From positions 170,376,001 through 170,440,000 of the forward strand of contig JBITNC010000001.1 of assembly GCA_050084985.1 (NCBI GenBank): DNA of 64,000 nt, in the 5' to 3' direction. Shown here one piece after another: positions 1 through 10,812 of this stretch. Within the stretch, counting starts at the first letter, position 1. Every line of letters begins with the position of its first letter. Origin of the DNA: Nageia nagi. Its lineage: Eukaryota; Plantae; Pinophyta. The translations under genes were made by a program, and so were the position numbers. Under the pieces are notes generated by a model that made no database searches, was not told the origin of the DNA, and was given only the letters and a program-made list of their open reading frames with translations.

Positions 1-428
1 AAAGACTAAGGGCATTGATGAAAGATAGAGGAATCAAGTTGAAAAATCAGTACATGCTTTTCTTGTAGGAGACAGATCACCAAACACGAGATCTATGAAA
101 AATTGGACAAATTGTAGAGTGAGATGAACTCATGGGCGTATATTTCAAATAAAATACCTATGTTGTGTGATGTGGAAGCTGACGATAGAGAACAGTTATT
201 CGAATTGTGAAGAGCCTTTTAATTATGCATGACTACCGCAACCAAGTTTTTCTCCCTGATAAACACGTATACAAAAATGTGTGAGCATAGAGAAGGCATG
301 CAAATTACTTGACATAACGCCTCATCAAGATGCAGTTAAATGGACTGCAATGATGACTGAATATGCAAGGAATGGTTGTAGCAAGAAACATTCAAACTGC
401 TTGAACAAATGGAATATGTGGGGCATTT
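1..428 (+). pseudogene. Condensed PLS-E-DYW PPR pseudogene, copy A (3' part; continues left of the window)
   Basis: Reads RLRALMKDRGIK / VEKSVHAFLVGDRS / EIYEKLDKL*SEM / MLCDVEADDREQL / RIVKSL / ATKFFS, then jumps back to a PPR S-P pair (SIEKACKLLDITPHQDAVKWTAMMTEYARNG, ORF 281-517). The PG-box and the HSE catalytic segment are deleted; frameshifts and stops are present. Confidence 0.85.
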
Positions 429-727
429 GCATTAAGAACATTTTTATTTTGCATAATGAGGCTTGTACACATAGTATCCTTCTTACTGTTGCTTGTATGC
501 TTATTTACTTTACGTAACTTAAATGTGTTCTGAGTTGTCTTGAATGCTGTGAAGTGTTGTGTGCCTACGTAGGCATTAATAAGTTGTATTAAGAATTTTA
601 TGAGGGAACAAAATAATCTATTTCATCTCATGAGTGAAAAAAATAATAAGTTTCCAGCTGTATGAATAAAGAATATCGTTGCTAGAGCAAAATGATTAAA
701 GTTTCCTAGCTGCAAGCTTGTTTGCAT

Positions 728-1390
728 AGCCTTAATCATCATTGCAAGTATTTACATCATGGTAATTGAAGCATAAAAGTGTTAAGTTCCTTGGAAGTCA
801 TGTACACTGTTCCATTTCATGGCCTGAGTTGTTTGGATCTCAACACATATAACTTATGATTTCTTACAATAAATCCCAGCAGCTTCTCCATCTTAGCTTA
901 ATGACTACATTTTACAATCTCATTACTGCTTTCTGGCTATATCTTTCTCAGTTACAATCAAGGAAAAGGAAAAATTACAGTATGTAATGCAGCTATGCTT
1001 TTCTATAAGATTCTGGTTAAAATCCTTACTCTTGACATCTATTGAGAAAACTCTTTGCTATTTTCTGTCAAACGCCAAAGACTCAGGCTATTAGACATAT
1101 GGCAACTACCAAAGCAGAAGCTCAAGATCTGTGTCACCTATTAGCATTGGTGTAATGAGAAAATTATGCAGTTACCTTTGAACAGAGGAAATGTAAAGAC
1201 AAATACAGATACGGTGAGAAGATAGCACCATGCGCTTGTATTAGAGGTTCATTTACCATACTGTCTCATGATTAGAGAATGTGGAGGAAATACTGCACTC
1301 AAACCACATTGATAATTTGTTATTGAAACATTGGATGAAAACTCCCCTAATATCCAGTCCTCCCACACAAGAATGATTAATTCTGCTTGA
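728..1390. repeat. Duplicated non-coding module, copy A (near-identical to 16398-17057)
   Basis: Long stretches are identical to 16398-17057. Homology also covers 1-128 vs 16270-16397, so copy B lacks roughly 129-727 of copy A. Confidence 0.92.
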
Positions 1391-2580
1391 TAAACCACAT
1401 ACTTAAACAACAGATGAAGGTGGAAATCAGTAAAAAAGAATCGAATCTAAACAACAAACATCTGCCAAAGGGAGGACGTTTTGAAGCTAGAAAATGCCAA
1501 CATGGAAAGCATAATCCTACAGGGTGAAAAAATCAATTTTAAAAAAGCTAAGATCTGCCAACATGGAGAGCGTCACTTCATGGGTTAAATTTTAAATACT
1601 TTTTTGCTAGAAATAACAGCAGGTAGGACACCCTATGTCAGGAGTATAATCACAAGTTTTGAGGCTGACACTACTATGCAAGAAGATAACATGCTGCATG
1701 ATAGAATTTCACAAATTTGAAGGCCGAGATTGTTGGGTAAGAAGATGTCATGCTTCATGGGAAAGTTTACAAGTTTAAACAGGCCCAAACTGCCAGAAGA
1801 ATAGACGTCACACTACAAGTGAAATACTGTAAATTTGAAAGCCATAAATTGCTAAATATGAGACGTCACGTTGCAGGTGAAGTATTGCAATTTTTAAGCT
1901 CATATTGCGAAGCTAGAAAATAGGTATGTAGAAAATGAAAGCGTAGAGAAGGCTCCCCTCTCAGGTAGCATTATGATCAACAAAGGAGACGCGAATAACC
2001 ACAACATCCTTCATTCATGAAAAGCTTTATTATTTGAGACTGTTATATAAAAATAAGATGTTATAGAATTTATTTTCACAGATACAACTCAAGCATTCAT
2101 TCTTTACATATGGTCATTCAAGCTTCTCTTCAATGTTTAACGATCACGCGAGATAGAAAATGACCTCAAGACTATAAATAGCAGTCCAAGCATTAATTTA
2201 GCTAATACCTATTTCTCTTTTGAACTATGTAAAAACCTGGTCAATCAGGCATAAGATATCAAACATATTTCCTCATAGAAAAGTATTCAAATAACTATAC
2301 TAAGAGAGGAACCTGGTTTGAAGAAGAGGCGAACTTGAATTTTTATGAATACCACTCCCAACACCACTACCTACGGACACCAGCAATCTTACCAGAACGA
2401 TAGCGATCTGTCTGCGATTCAGAACTGAAAACAATAAAACAGAAACCAGTCAATTAATTAAATATACCACAAGATGCCTGTAAAACAAACTGAAACATTA
2501 TTGAAAAAATAATCAGAGATTAACAAATCCTTCAATTCGTTCAAGGGACTCGCAGACAGACAAATTCGATTAAGACAAAT
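760..2580 (-). ncRNA. Putative spliced antisense lncRNA A (convergent on mini-PPR copy A)
   Basis: Minus-strand U-rich acceptors (ttttacag ~2478, ttttcag ~2425, aaaccag ~2313) and a GTAAG donor (~2392); CpG-retaining 5' region; no long ORF. Inferred from splice signals only. Confidence 0.3.
1460..1915. repeat. Highly degenerate ~57-61-bp tandem array (~8 units)
   Basis: Unit anchors (gcta/gctg/gcc) at about 1486, 1547, 1606, 1664, 1723, 1783, 1841 and 1898. Rough consensus tttgaagGCTgaaactGCCAxxxgaaGACGTCAcgctgCAtggtgaaatttacaa. Confidence 0.7.
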
Positions 2581-2830
2581 GAATGTTCTATTACATTTTT
2601 GTGTGACCTTAATAGGATCATTACAATATTTGAATTTCTAAATTCAAGATGCCCCTGCAGGGCTTTTTACAAATGTTTTTTTGCTCTGTCTGTGAGAGAT
2701 TTGTTCTTCTGCGTCCAATCCACGATCGTGAGCGCTCAATTTGGGATCAGCAGTGCTCAATCTGGGATCGCCAGCGACTGTCTAATCTCCGATGACTCTG
2801 GTATCTATCTTTTGTTCCAGTAATCTGCCC
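2370..2830. promoter_or_regulatory. CpG-retaining island, candidate bidirectional promoter / 5' exons
   Basis: Dense CpGs (cgatagcgatc, tcgcagac, ccacgatcgtgagcg, gatcgccagcgac) compared with CpG-depleted TE flanks. Minus-strand splice signals lie to the left, plus-strand donor-like sites (2801, 3175) to the right. Confidence 0.4.
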
Positions 2831-3358
2831 CGATTTTCAATCTTTTTTGCAAGTCTTCATGTACACTATTATACAAAACAATCCTACACACATGCTCACC
2901 CGACAAAGTTAGTGCATACTTGCATATGAGATATCAAAATACATCATAAAATCTAACATTCACAAGTAAGATAACAATGCCAATACTGTACTATAAATCA
3001 GCCTTCTCAGGAATATTTTTAACATAGTATTCTCCTCTTCTCTAGAATGTGAAGGTAGAGGAGCCAGGGGTTGTGATGTACGTGCAATGCATATAAATAA
3101 TTGTGCAAATTTGTTATGCTTTAATTATTCTAGCCTAAATTAGGAGTTGTGTTTACCCCGAGATCCGGATTCAGGTTATGGTTTGTAACAAATTTTGTTT
3201 CTAGGCAATGACTCACCATTCCAAGCCAAATTTAGTTTAAATTTGTTGTGTCGCCATTTAATGGGATCGCCAGCATCAGACAGAAAGTCGCCAATAATTA
3301 GTGTGAATAGTCGAATCGTCGGCATCCAATACAAATCAACAATGATCCTATTTAATCA

Positions 3359-3457
3359 AGGGAAAAAATTCAAAATACCCCTATAATTTCTAGTAAGATC
3401 GAAAATACTCCTGTATTTTTAGAAATATCGAAAATACCTTTCTGTTAATTTACCCCC
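3359..3457. mobile_element. Possible Mutator-like MITE remnant
   Basis: Starts gggaaaaaattcaaaatacccct and ends taatttaccccc, with internal gaaaatac repeats, resembling MULE TIR ends. No TSD found. Confidence 0.25.
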
Positions 3458-3493
3458 AAATGATATTAATATCATTTACTGAACTTTGTTCAG

Positions 3494-3834
3494 GTTGACC
3501 ATTGAGGATGCAATTCTGACTTGAACTCCTACAGTCCTGCGTCGCAGACAATGTCCTTCAAGATCCTTCATTCACTGGTCAATAGTATCAACTTAAATTT
3601 GGCATTATATGCACAGAGCAGATACGTTGAGAGGGCCTGCGAATTGGTTGATATTTGCCTTACGAATCCAATGAGCTCTCTCCCAGGCCTCCCGTATGTC
3701 CCATAAAATGAGGATTACAAAGAAAAATGTGTCGACAAACATGAGGTAGTCCATCCAGAGTGTATGCCATTCCTCACAAACAAAAGCACAACAGAGAGTT
3801 GATTTCAGCACTACAGCTCTATGGCTAAGAGATG
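3494..3834 (+). pseudogene. Highly diverged N-terminal PPR remnant with exon-like borders
   Basis: KILHSLVNSINL resembles QLLRSLINRIGL at 15396; YAQSRYVERACELVD resembles MYAKCGSIEKAxELFD; the 14-mer gtagtccatccaga is identical at 3746-3759 and 15609-15622. Flanked by ttgttcag| and |gtagga. Confidence 0.55.
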
Positions 3835-6386
3835 GTAGGATGTTTTACAATTTGCCCCTAAATTCTTAGAACGGAAATGATAAAGAATCCCGACTGTGAC
3901 AAGTATTAAATAAAGCAAGGCACCAGCATCTGAAATAATACATGGATCCTCCATCGACCTCCACACAATTTTCAGAAAGGCATGCTCCTTTATACTGGCC
4001 GCCCATATATTTTGACCTGTCAGACTTAAACATTGTCGCCTTGTATCTTTTGATATTGGCTTATTTGTATTGGCATTGGAATTTTATATTTTAAACGGTA
4101 TGATATATTTATATCTTTTATATAAATGTTCCCATAAAATAGTAATATTTATATCTTTTATCCTTCCAACAATCATTGAATGAACACAATGAACAATATA
4201 ATTAGCTTTTACCATGATTGATGATCCAATCTTCTTATCATTACATTATTCACTATTCAATAATATAGGATCTTTGGAAATTGGTCTTGAATCAACAGCG
4301 ATTGTTTCGCAGTTTTATAAGCATTATTAAAATGGTCATCAATTGATCAATTTTCAACCAAAAAGGGTCGTGTGATCACTCGTTTTCAATCTACTCAATA
4401 AGAGCTATCTAATGGTGTGGTTTTTAGATCTATATGACACTTCCACTAGAAGTTATGGTTATTTTAATATGACACAAGTAAAAAAAAGTTCATTTTGAGT
4501 GTCTATATTTTGCCCCTTTTTTAACTATCTTCTAATTTGTTGGAATTAAAGCTCAATCAAAGACCATTCGAGTTGAAGACCAAACCAGTTGAAGATAAAC
4601 TAGACTTGCAAAATAGATCAATAAACTTTGCAAAGACATAACATTTTGTAGAGAAATCCGATTGAGTTGATTCTTTTTTAATTGGATAGTGCTCGAAGAT
4701 ACCTTTCCAATGAGTATACGCATGCCTACCTTTGTTGAAGGTTTGACCATCATATTGGATGTTTTCTGAAAAACTATCCAATGCACTACGTTTTCAGCCT
4801 TCTACTCCAAGACGCAATACACCTCATTCCAAGCATAGTGTGCTCCAATACCAAGCATAGGGCGCTACAAACAGAGCCTACAATCCTATTTTAAGCATGT
4901 GCAGGATGTTATTTTTCGTCTTCAAGTTTAGGATCAAATGTTTCTATTTTGAGTATTAGCTTCTCCCACTTGTTGTTTAGCATGATAGGATATAATTAGA
5001 ACTTCTAGCTTGCTTTATGAATTGATTTGTAACAAGTTGTGATCATCCAACTTGAGTTTATATTTAGCACAGTCTATTTTTGGGTTTGTCCAAAACCTAT
5101 ATATGTAATGATTTTGTTTTTCAAATTAATGAAAGTAGAATGCTTCTCATAAGGGAGATAGGAGGTAGTTAAAAAATAATTGGGATAATTTGATATATAA
5201 TGCACAAGTATTTTAACTCGCAGCATTGACGCTTAGTGACAAATACAAGTGGTTTGCTTTTGAGTCATGGGCAATCATAGTTACCCCAATCATGACCAAG
5301 TATGACTCTTTGACTTTGCAATTGATGTGTTTTGAAAACACTTACGTTGTACACCAAATTGGTACTTAGGCTTGTCTCCATATGCCGTTAGCATGTAACA
5401 TGAAGTCCTCTCTATGTGTACAAGTTTGATTTTGGATTATCATGCTCTTACCCCAACAGGGTGGGTTTCATGATGATCCTTTGCAAAAATCATTAAAATC
5501 ATGCTTTTCCATGACTTTTAGGCGATAAGAGAAACGCAAGGTGAGTGTGGAAAAGATTAAAATATGGATGATTTTGACAAACGTTAAGTATATACAAGTA
5601 TCTAATACTCATGACCTTATTGATTGATGTTGAAAACAAATATCTTGTTTTAGGTCATGGAAAACCACAGTTGCCCCAATCACGACTAGACATATATAGC
5701 TTTTAATTTTGCAATTGACAACATTTCGCACTTGGTGTACATCTTAAGAGAGTTGTAACCATTTTCTTCTTGTTTGATCATGGTCTTACTTTGAGCATGA
5801 TGTCAGACTTAGCATTATGGCTCCCCTTTAGATGGACAAGGATTTGGTTGTTGATTTTTTATTGTTGATGAGTCTTTTGCTAAGATCGTTGGAAAAATGC
5901 ATGTGCAAGATAAAAAATTATTAGGCTGAACAAGGCCTAAATAACAAGTCAAATGTATTCCCCCTCAATCATTGAGGCAATGAGAAAAATATCAAGGCTT
6001 TTACAAAGACGATGAAAATAATTGACACAACGATGGATGACAAGAACACATATCATGTGGTTTGCTGCTCATTCTTAGGAGGCTTCAAACCATGATATCT
6101 TTTGTGTGCCACATAGTAATGTTATGGTGCCTCTCAAGATTGGATGATTGTTTTGATTTTTTTTGGAACATGATGTGATGAAACACAACAAAAGATAAGT
6201 CATAACTAGTAAAAACAATGACATATAGAAGATAAAATTATATAGTGTAAGAAACTATTTGGATTGTCTTGTTAGATAGGATTGGTATATTATTGATTTT
6301 TTTTTGTCAAACACCAATTTTGATTGTTTCAAATATATTTTAGATTCTTATGGATTTTAGATTTTAAATATTTGATATTAATGATG

Positions 6387-6613
6387 CCTCATCAAGGACT
6401 CATGATGAGGGAAAGGATGATGATTGCCCCATCAAGGATTCATGATGGGATTGCTTGTAATGCCACCTCATCAAGGATTCATAATGAGAGACAAGAAGAT
6501 GATGATTGTCCCATCTAGGATTCATGATGGGATTGTTTGTGATATTGCCTCATCAAGGATTCATGATGAGAGACAGGAAGATGATGATTGTCCCATCAAG
6601 GATCCATGATGGG
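6387..6613. repeat. ~80-82-bp tandem repeat x3, each unit made of two short palindromic hairpins
   Basis: Stems cctcatca/tgatgagg and cccatca/tgatggg enclose the same loop agga(t/c)tca; unit starts at ~6388, 6467 and 6549. Confidence 0.85.
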
Positions 6614-6882
6614 ATTATTTGGAGGATGTAGTTGTTAGAGACCCTTGAGTAAGAAGCCATGTTAGGGTAGAGGAATATTTGTAATAGATATATTGCAATG
6701 TTTATGATCTTATATATTCTAAGTATATTTATATTTGGATATTATGTATTGTATAGATGTGTAAGGGGTATGGAATAAGGTATAACATATAGGAAAAAAT
6801 GGGAAATGGATAATGTATGGTAATGAAAATGGAGGAAGAACATCGACTTCCAATTCTAAGGGAAGAACAATTCCTCGCTCTT

Positions 6883-8825
6883 GATCCCAAAGAATGATGA
6901 AAGCTATTAAATTTAACAATGTTCTAAGGATGTGAAATGAATGGAATATGGTAGGGAAAGAACATTGATTTCCAATTCAATGGGAAGAACAATTTCTTAT
7001 TCTCAATCCTAAATAATGATGGAAGCTATAAAATTTAACAATGTTCTAGGGTTGACTTCTATCAATCTACTATGAGCAATTTCTTGCTTAAATTTGTAAA
7101 TAAGAGTAGAAGCAAGAAGTTTTAGCAACAATAATGTTGACTTCCACATGGATGGGGAGAGTAATTACTCACTTTTTTTCCCAAAAATATGGAAGCACCT
7201 CGGATTTAACAACCTGTAAAGATGGATGTAGGAAATATGTGGATGTTGGGTAATGAAATGTGAAAGTTGTTGATCCCAAAGAATGATGAAAGCTATAAAA
7301 GTTAACAATGTTCTAAGGGTGTAAAATGAATGGAATATGGTAGGAAAAGAACACTGACTTCCAATTCAATAGGAAGAACAATATCTTATTCTCGATCCCA
7401 AAGAATGATGGAAGCTATAAAATTTAACAATGTTCTAGGGTTGACTTCTATCAATCTACTATGAGCAATTTCTTGCTTAAATTTGTAAATAAGAGTAGAA
7501 GCAAAAAGTTTTAGCAACAATAATGTTGACTTCCATATGGGTGGGGAGAGTAATTACTCACTCTTTTTCCCAAAAATATGGAAGCACCTCGGATTTAACA
7601 ACCTGTAAAGATGGATGTAGGAAATATGTGGATGTTGGGTAATGAAATGTGAAAGTTGTTGATCCCAAAGAATGATGAAAGCTATAAAATTTAATAATGT
7701 TCTAAGGGTGTAAAATGAATGGAATATGGTAGGAAAAGAACATTGACTTCCAATTCAATAGGAAGGATAATTTCTTATTCTCGATCCCAAAGAATGATGG
7801 AAGCTACAAAATTTAACAATGTTCTAGGGTTGACTTCTATCAATCTACTAGGAGCAATTTCTTGCTTAAATTTGTAAATAAGAGTAGAAGCAAAAGGTTT
7901 TAACAACAATAATGTTGACTTCCATATGGATGGGGACAGTAATTACTCACTCTTTTTCCCAAAAATGTGGAAGCACCTCAGATTTGACAACCTGTAAAGA
8001 TGGATGTAGGAAATATGTGGATGTTGGGTAATGAAATGTGAAAGTTGTTGATCCCAAAGAATGATGAAAGCTATAAAATTTAACAATGTTCTAAGGGTGT
8101 AAAATGAATGGAATATGGTAGGAAAAGAACACTGACTTCCAATTCAATGGGAAGAACAATTTCTTATTCTCAATCCCAAAGAATGATGGAAGATATAAAA
8201 TTTAACAATGTTCTAGGGTTGACTTCTATCAATCTACTAGGAGGAATTTCTTGCTCATATTTGTAAATAAGAGTAGAAGCAAGAGGTTTTAACAACAATA
8301 ATGTTGACTTCCATTTGGATGGGGAGAGTAATTACTCACTCTTTTTCCCAAAAATGTGGAAGCACCTCAGATTTAACAACCCGTAAAGATGGATGTAGGA
8401 CATATGTGGATGTTGGGTAATGAAATGTGAAAGTTGTTGATCCCAAAGAATGATGAAAGCTATAAAATTTAACAATGTTCTAAGGGTGAAATGAATAGAA
8501 TATGATAGGGAAAGAACATTAACTTCCAATTCAATGGGAAGAACAATTTCTTATTCTCAATCCCAAAGAATGATGGAAGATATAAAATTTAACAATGTTC
8601 TAGGGTTGACTTCTATCAACCTACTAGGAGGAATTTCTTGCTTAGATTTGTAAATAAGAGTAGAAGCAAGAGGTTTTAACAACAATAATGTTGACTTCCA
8701 TATGGATGGGGAGAGTAATTACTCACTCTTTTTCTCAAAAATGTGGAAGCACCTCAGATTTAACAACCCGTAAAGATGGATGTAGGAAATATGTGGATGT
8801 TGGGTAATGAAATGTGAAAGTTGTT
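6883..8825. repeat. 389-bp tandem repeat x5 with internal ~122-bp subrepeat
   Basis: gatcccaaagaatgatgaaagctat recurs at ~6883, 7272, 7661, 8050 and 8439; units are highly similar. Confidence 0.95.
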
Positions 8826-10214
8826 ATGGTATAATGTATGTGGGGGGATGGTGGAAAGTGATATGAACATGGTATAAACAAATGGATGGGCATAGTAAAT
8901 ATGCGTATGTAGGGGACTGGTATGTATACTCAGGATGTATTAAGCGTTTGAAAGATAAACTAATCAACTCACCAAGGCATTAATAACATATATATTATGT
9001 AAGTAATGTATTATATACAATACAGTAATAGGTGGTGTGTGAAATGGTAAAGGAAATGTAATGACCAGAAGATTCAAGTTGATTCTCTCATCTTGTGACG
9101 ATATAAAACAAGGTCATAACAGATCCAAATTATCATCGACTATCTTTTTACAATTGTAAACTTGATGTCATAAGAGCATGAAATATATAAGTCAATTCAT
9201 CCATATGAAATGTACAGATGTTTGTAGGAAAGAAGGTCACTAATCAAAATAGACATGTCGCCACTCGTAAGGTATGCCTCACTACCTAACAAGCGTCCAT
9301 AGCCTCGATGAGGATTAACCTTTCAATCTTGCTACAACCTTTCTCTACTACCAGTCAAGCATCCATAGCCGTGATAGAGAATATTGTAATCACCCAGAAA
9401 TCATTGATGTAATGTATGATTTTTTTAATGATTTTTTCTCTTCTCTCTTGTTTTTTTTTTGGAAAATTTTTTAATGTATTCTAAATGATTCTTAGGTTGG
9501 GGATGAAGCAAATAATAGGATGAGCATGTAAAATCGCTCAAAATCATGCTCAAATAACACCTCATTCATGACTGCTCCAAGATTATTAATTCTGACAATG
9601 TATCATAGTTATGTTTGTTTATCATCCAAGTTTCAAAAATTTCAAGTGGAAAGATTAATAAACCAATAAGCATATCAAGCTCATAAACTATTTCTTTGAT
9701 AATAGTGATAAATATTAAATATATTTTTATGAATGTACGAAAGTAAACATGAGTAATGTATGTATGCCTTTAGGAGTTGTCAGAATACAATCTGACACTC
9801 AATTGTAATGGAACGAATGGAAAACACAAAGTGAAGTGTATGGAAGACATATTGGGTAAGCAAATATCTTGTTGATTCTAGATGGAGTGATATGAAAATG
9901 GTCCTAATGTGGTATATGAAGTAGATAAGGGATATGAAAAGAAATGTATTTCGGGATTAATACATCAAGACCCGCTAAATTGACAATTCGATCAAGTGCA
10001 TAAACCAATATGTACCATAAAGCATTCATGAAAATTATATAATATTTCAAAACCAAGCAAGGATAGTCTAGAACATGCAATTTCAATAAATATATGAAGA
10101 TTCATTCTTCTAAGTATCATGAGGATTGTGGATTTATTGATATAACATTTGACAATTTTGAATATAATATTTTTTATATAGATGTAAGTATAACTTTTGA
10201 CGTTATAAGTATAC

Positions 10215-10812
10215 TCGTGATGAGATTGCCGTTGTGGTTGTAGGCATAACCATGATGAGACTACCTTTGTCGCTATAGTCATAACCATGATGGGACTGCC
10301 TTTGTGGTTGTAGGCATAACCATGATGGAATTGCCTTTAAAAATTGTAAGCATAATTTTGATGAAGATTGCTTTTTGTGGTTGTAAGCATAACCATGATG
10401 ATGATTGCTTTTTGTGGTTGTAAGCATAACCGTGATGAAAATTGCTTTTTGTGGTTATAAGCATAACTGTGATGAAAATTGCTTTTTGTGGTTGTAAGCA
10501 TAAACGTGATGAACATTACTTTTTGTGGTTGTAAGTATAACCGTGATGAACATTGTTTTTTGTGGTTGTAAGCATAATCGTGATGAAGATTACTTTTTGT
10601 GGTTGTAAGTATAACCGTGATGATGATTGCTTTTTGTGGTTGTAAGTATAATCGTGATGAAGATTGTTTTTTGAGGTTGTAAGCATAATCGTGATGACAA
10701 TTGCTTTTTGTGGTTGTTAGCATAACCTTAATGACAATTGCTTTTTTGTGTTTGTAAGAATAACCATGATGACGAATGCTTTTTATGGTTGTAAGCATAA
10801 CCATGATGAAGA
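10215..10812. repeat. 37-bp minisatellite, ~16 copies
   Basis: Unit cgtgatgaagattgctttttgtggttgtaagcataac; period of 37 checked at 10377/10414. Confidence 0.95.

Noticed and set aside
728-1390. Canonical TAS3 locus
   Set aside because: No tasiARF sequence (TTCTTGACCTTGTAAG) on either strand, and the miR390-like sites are only partial.
4200-5950. LTR partner of the 14.7-15.3 kb block
   Set aside because: Similar TE-like style, but I could not align the two as a direct repeat pair, so it is left unclassified.
6387-6613. CRISPR-like palindromic repeat-spacer pattern
   Set aside because: The spacers are themselves repeated and short, there are no cas genes, and the context is eukaryotic TE.
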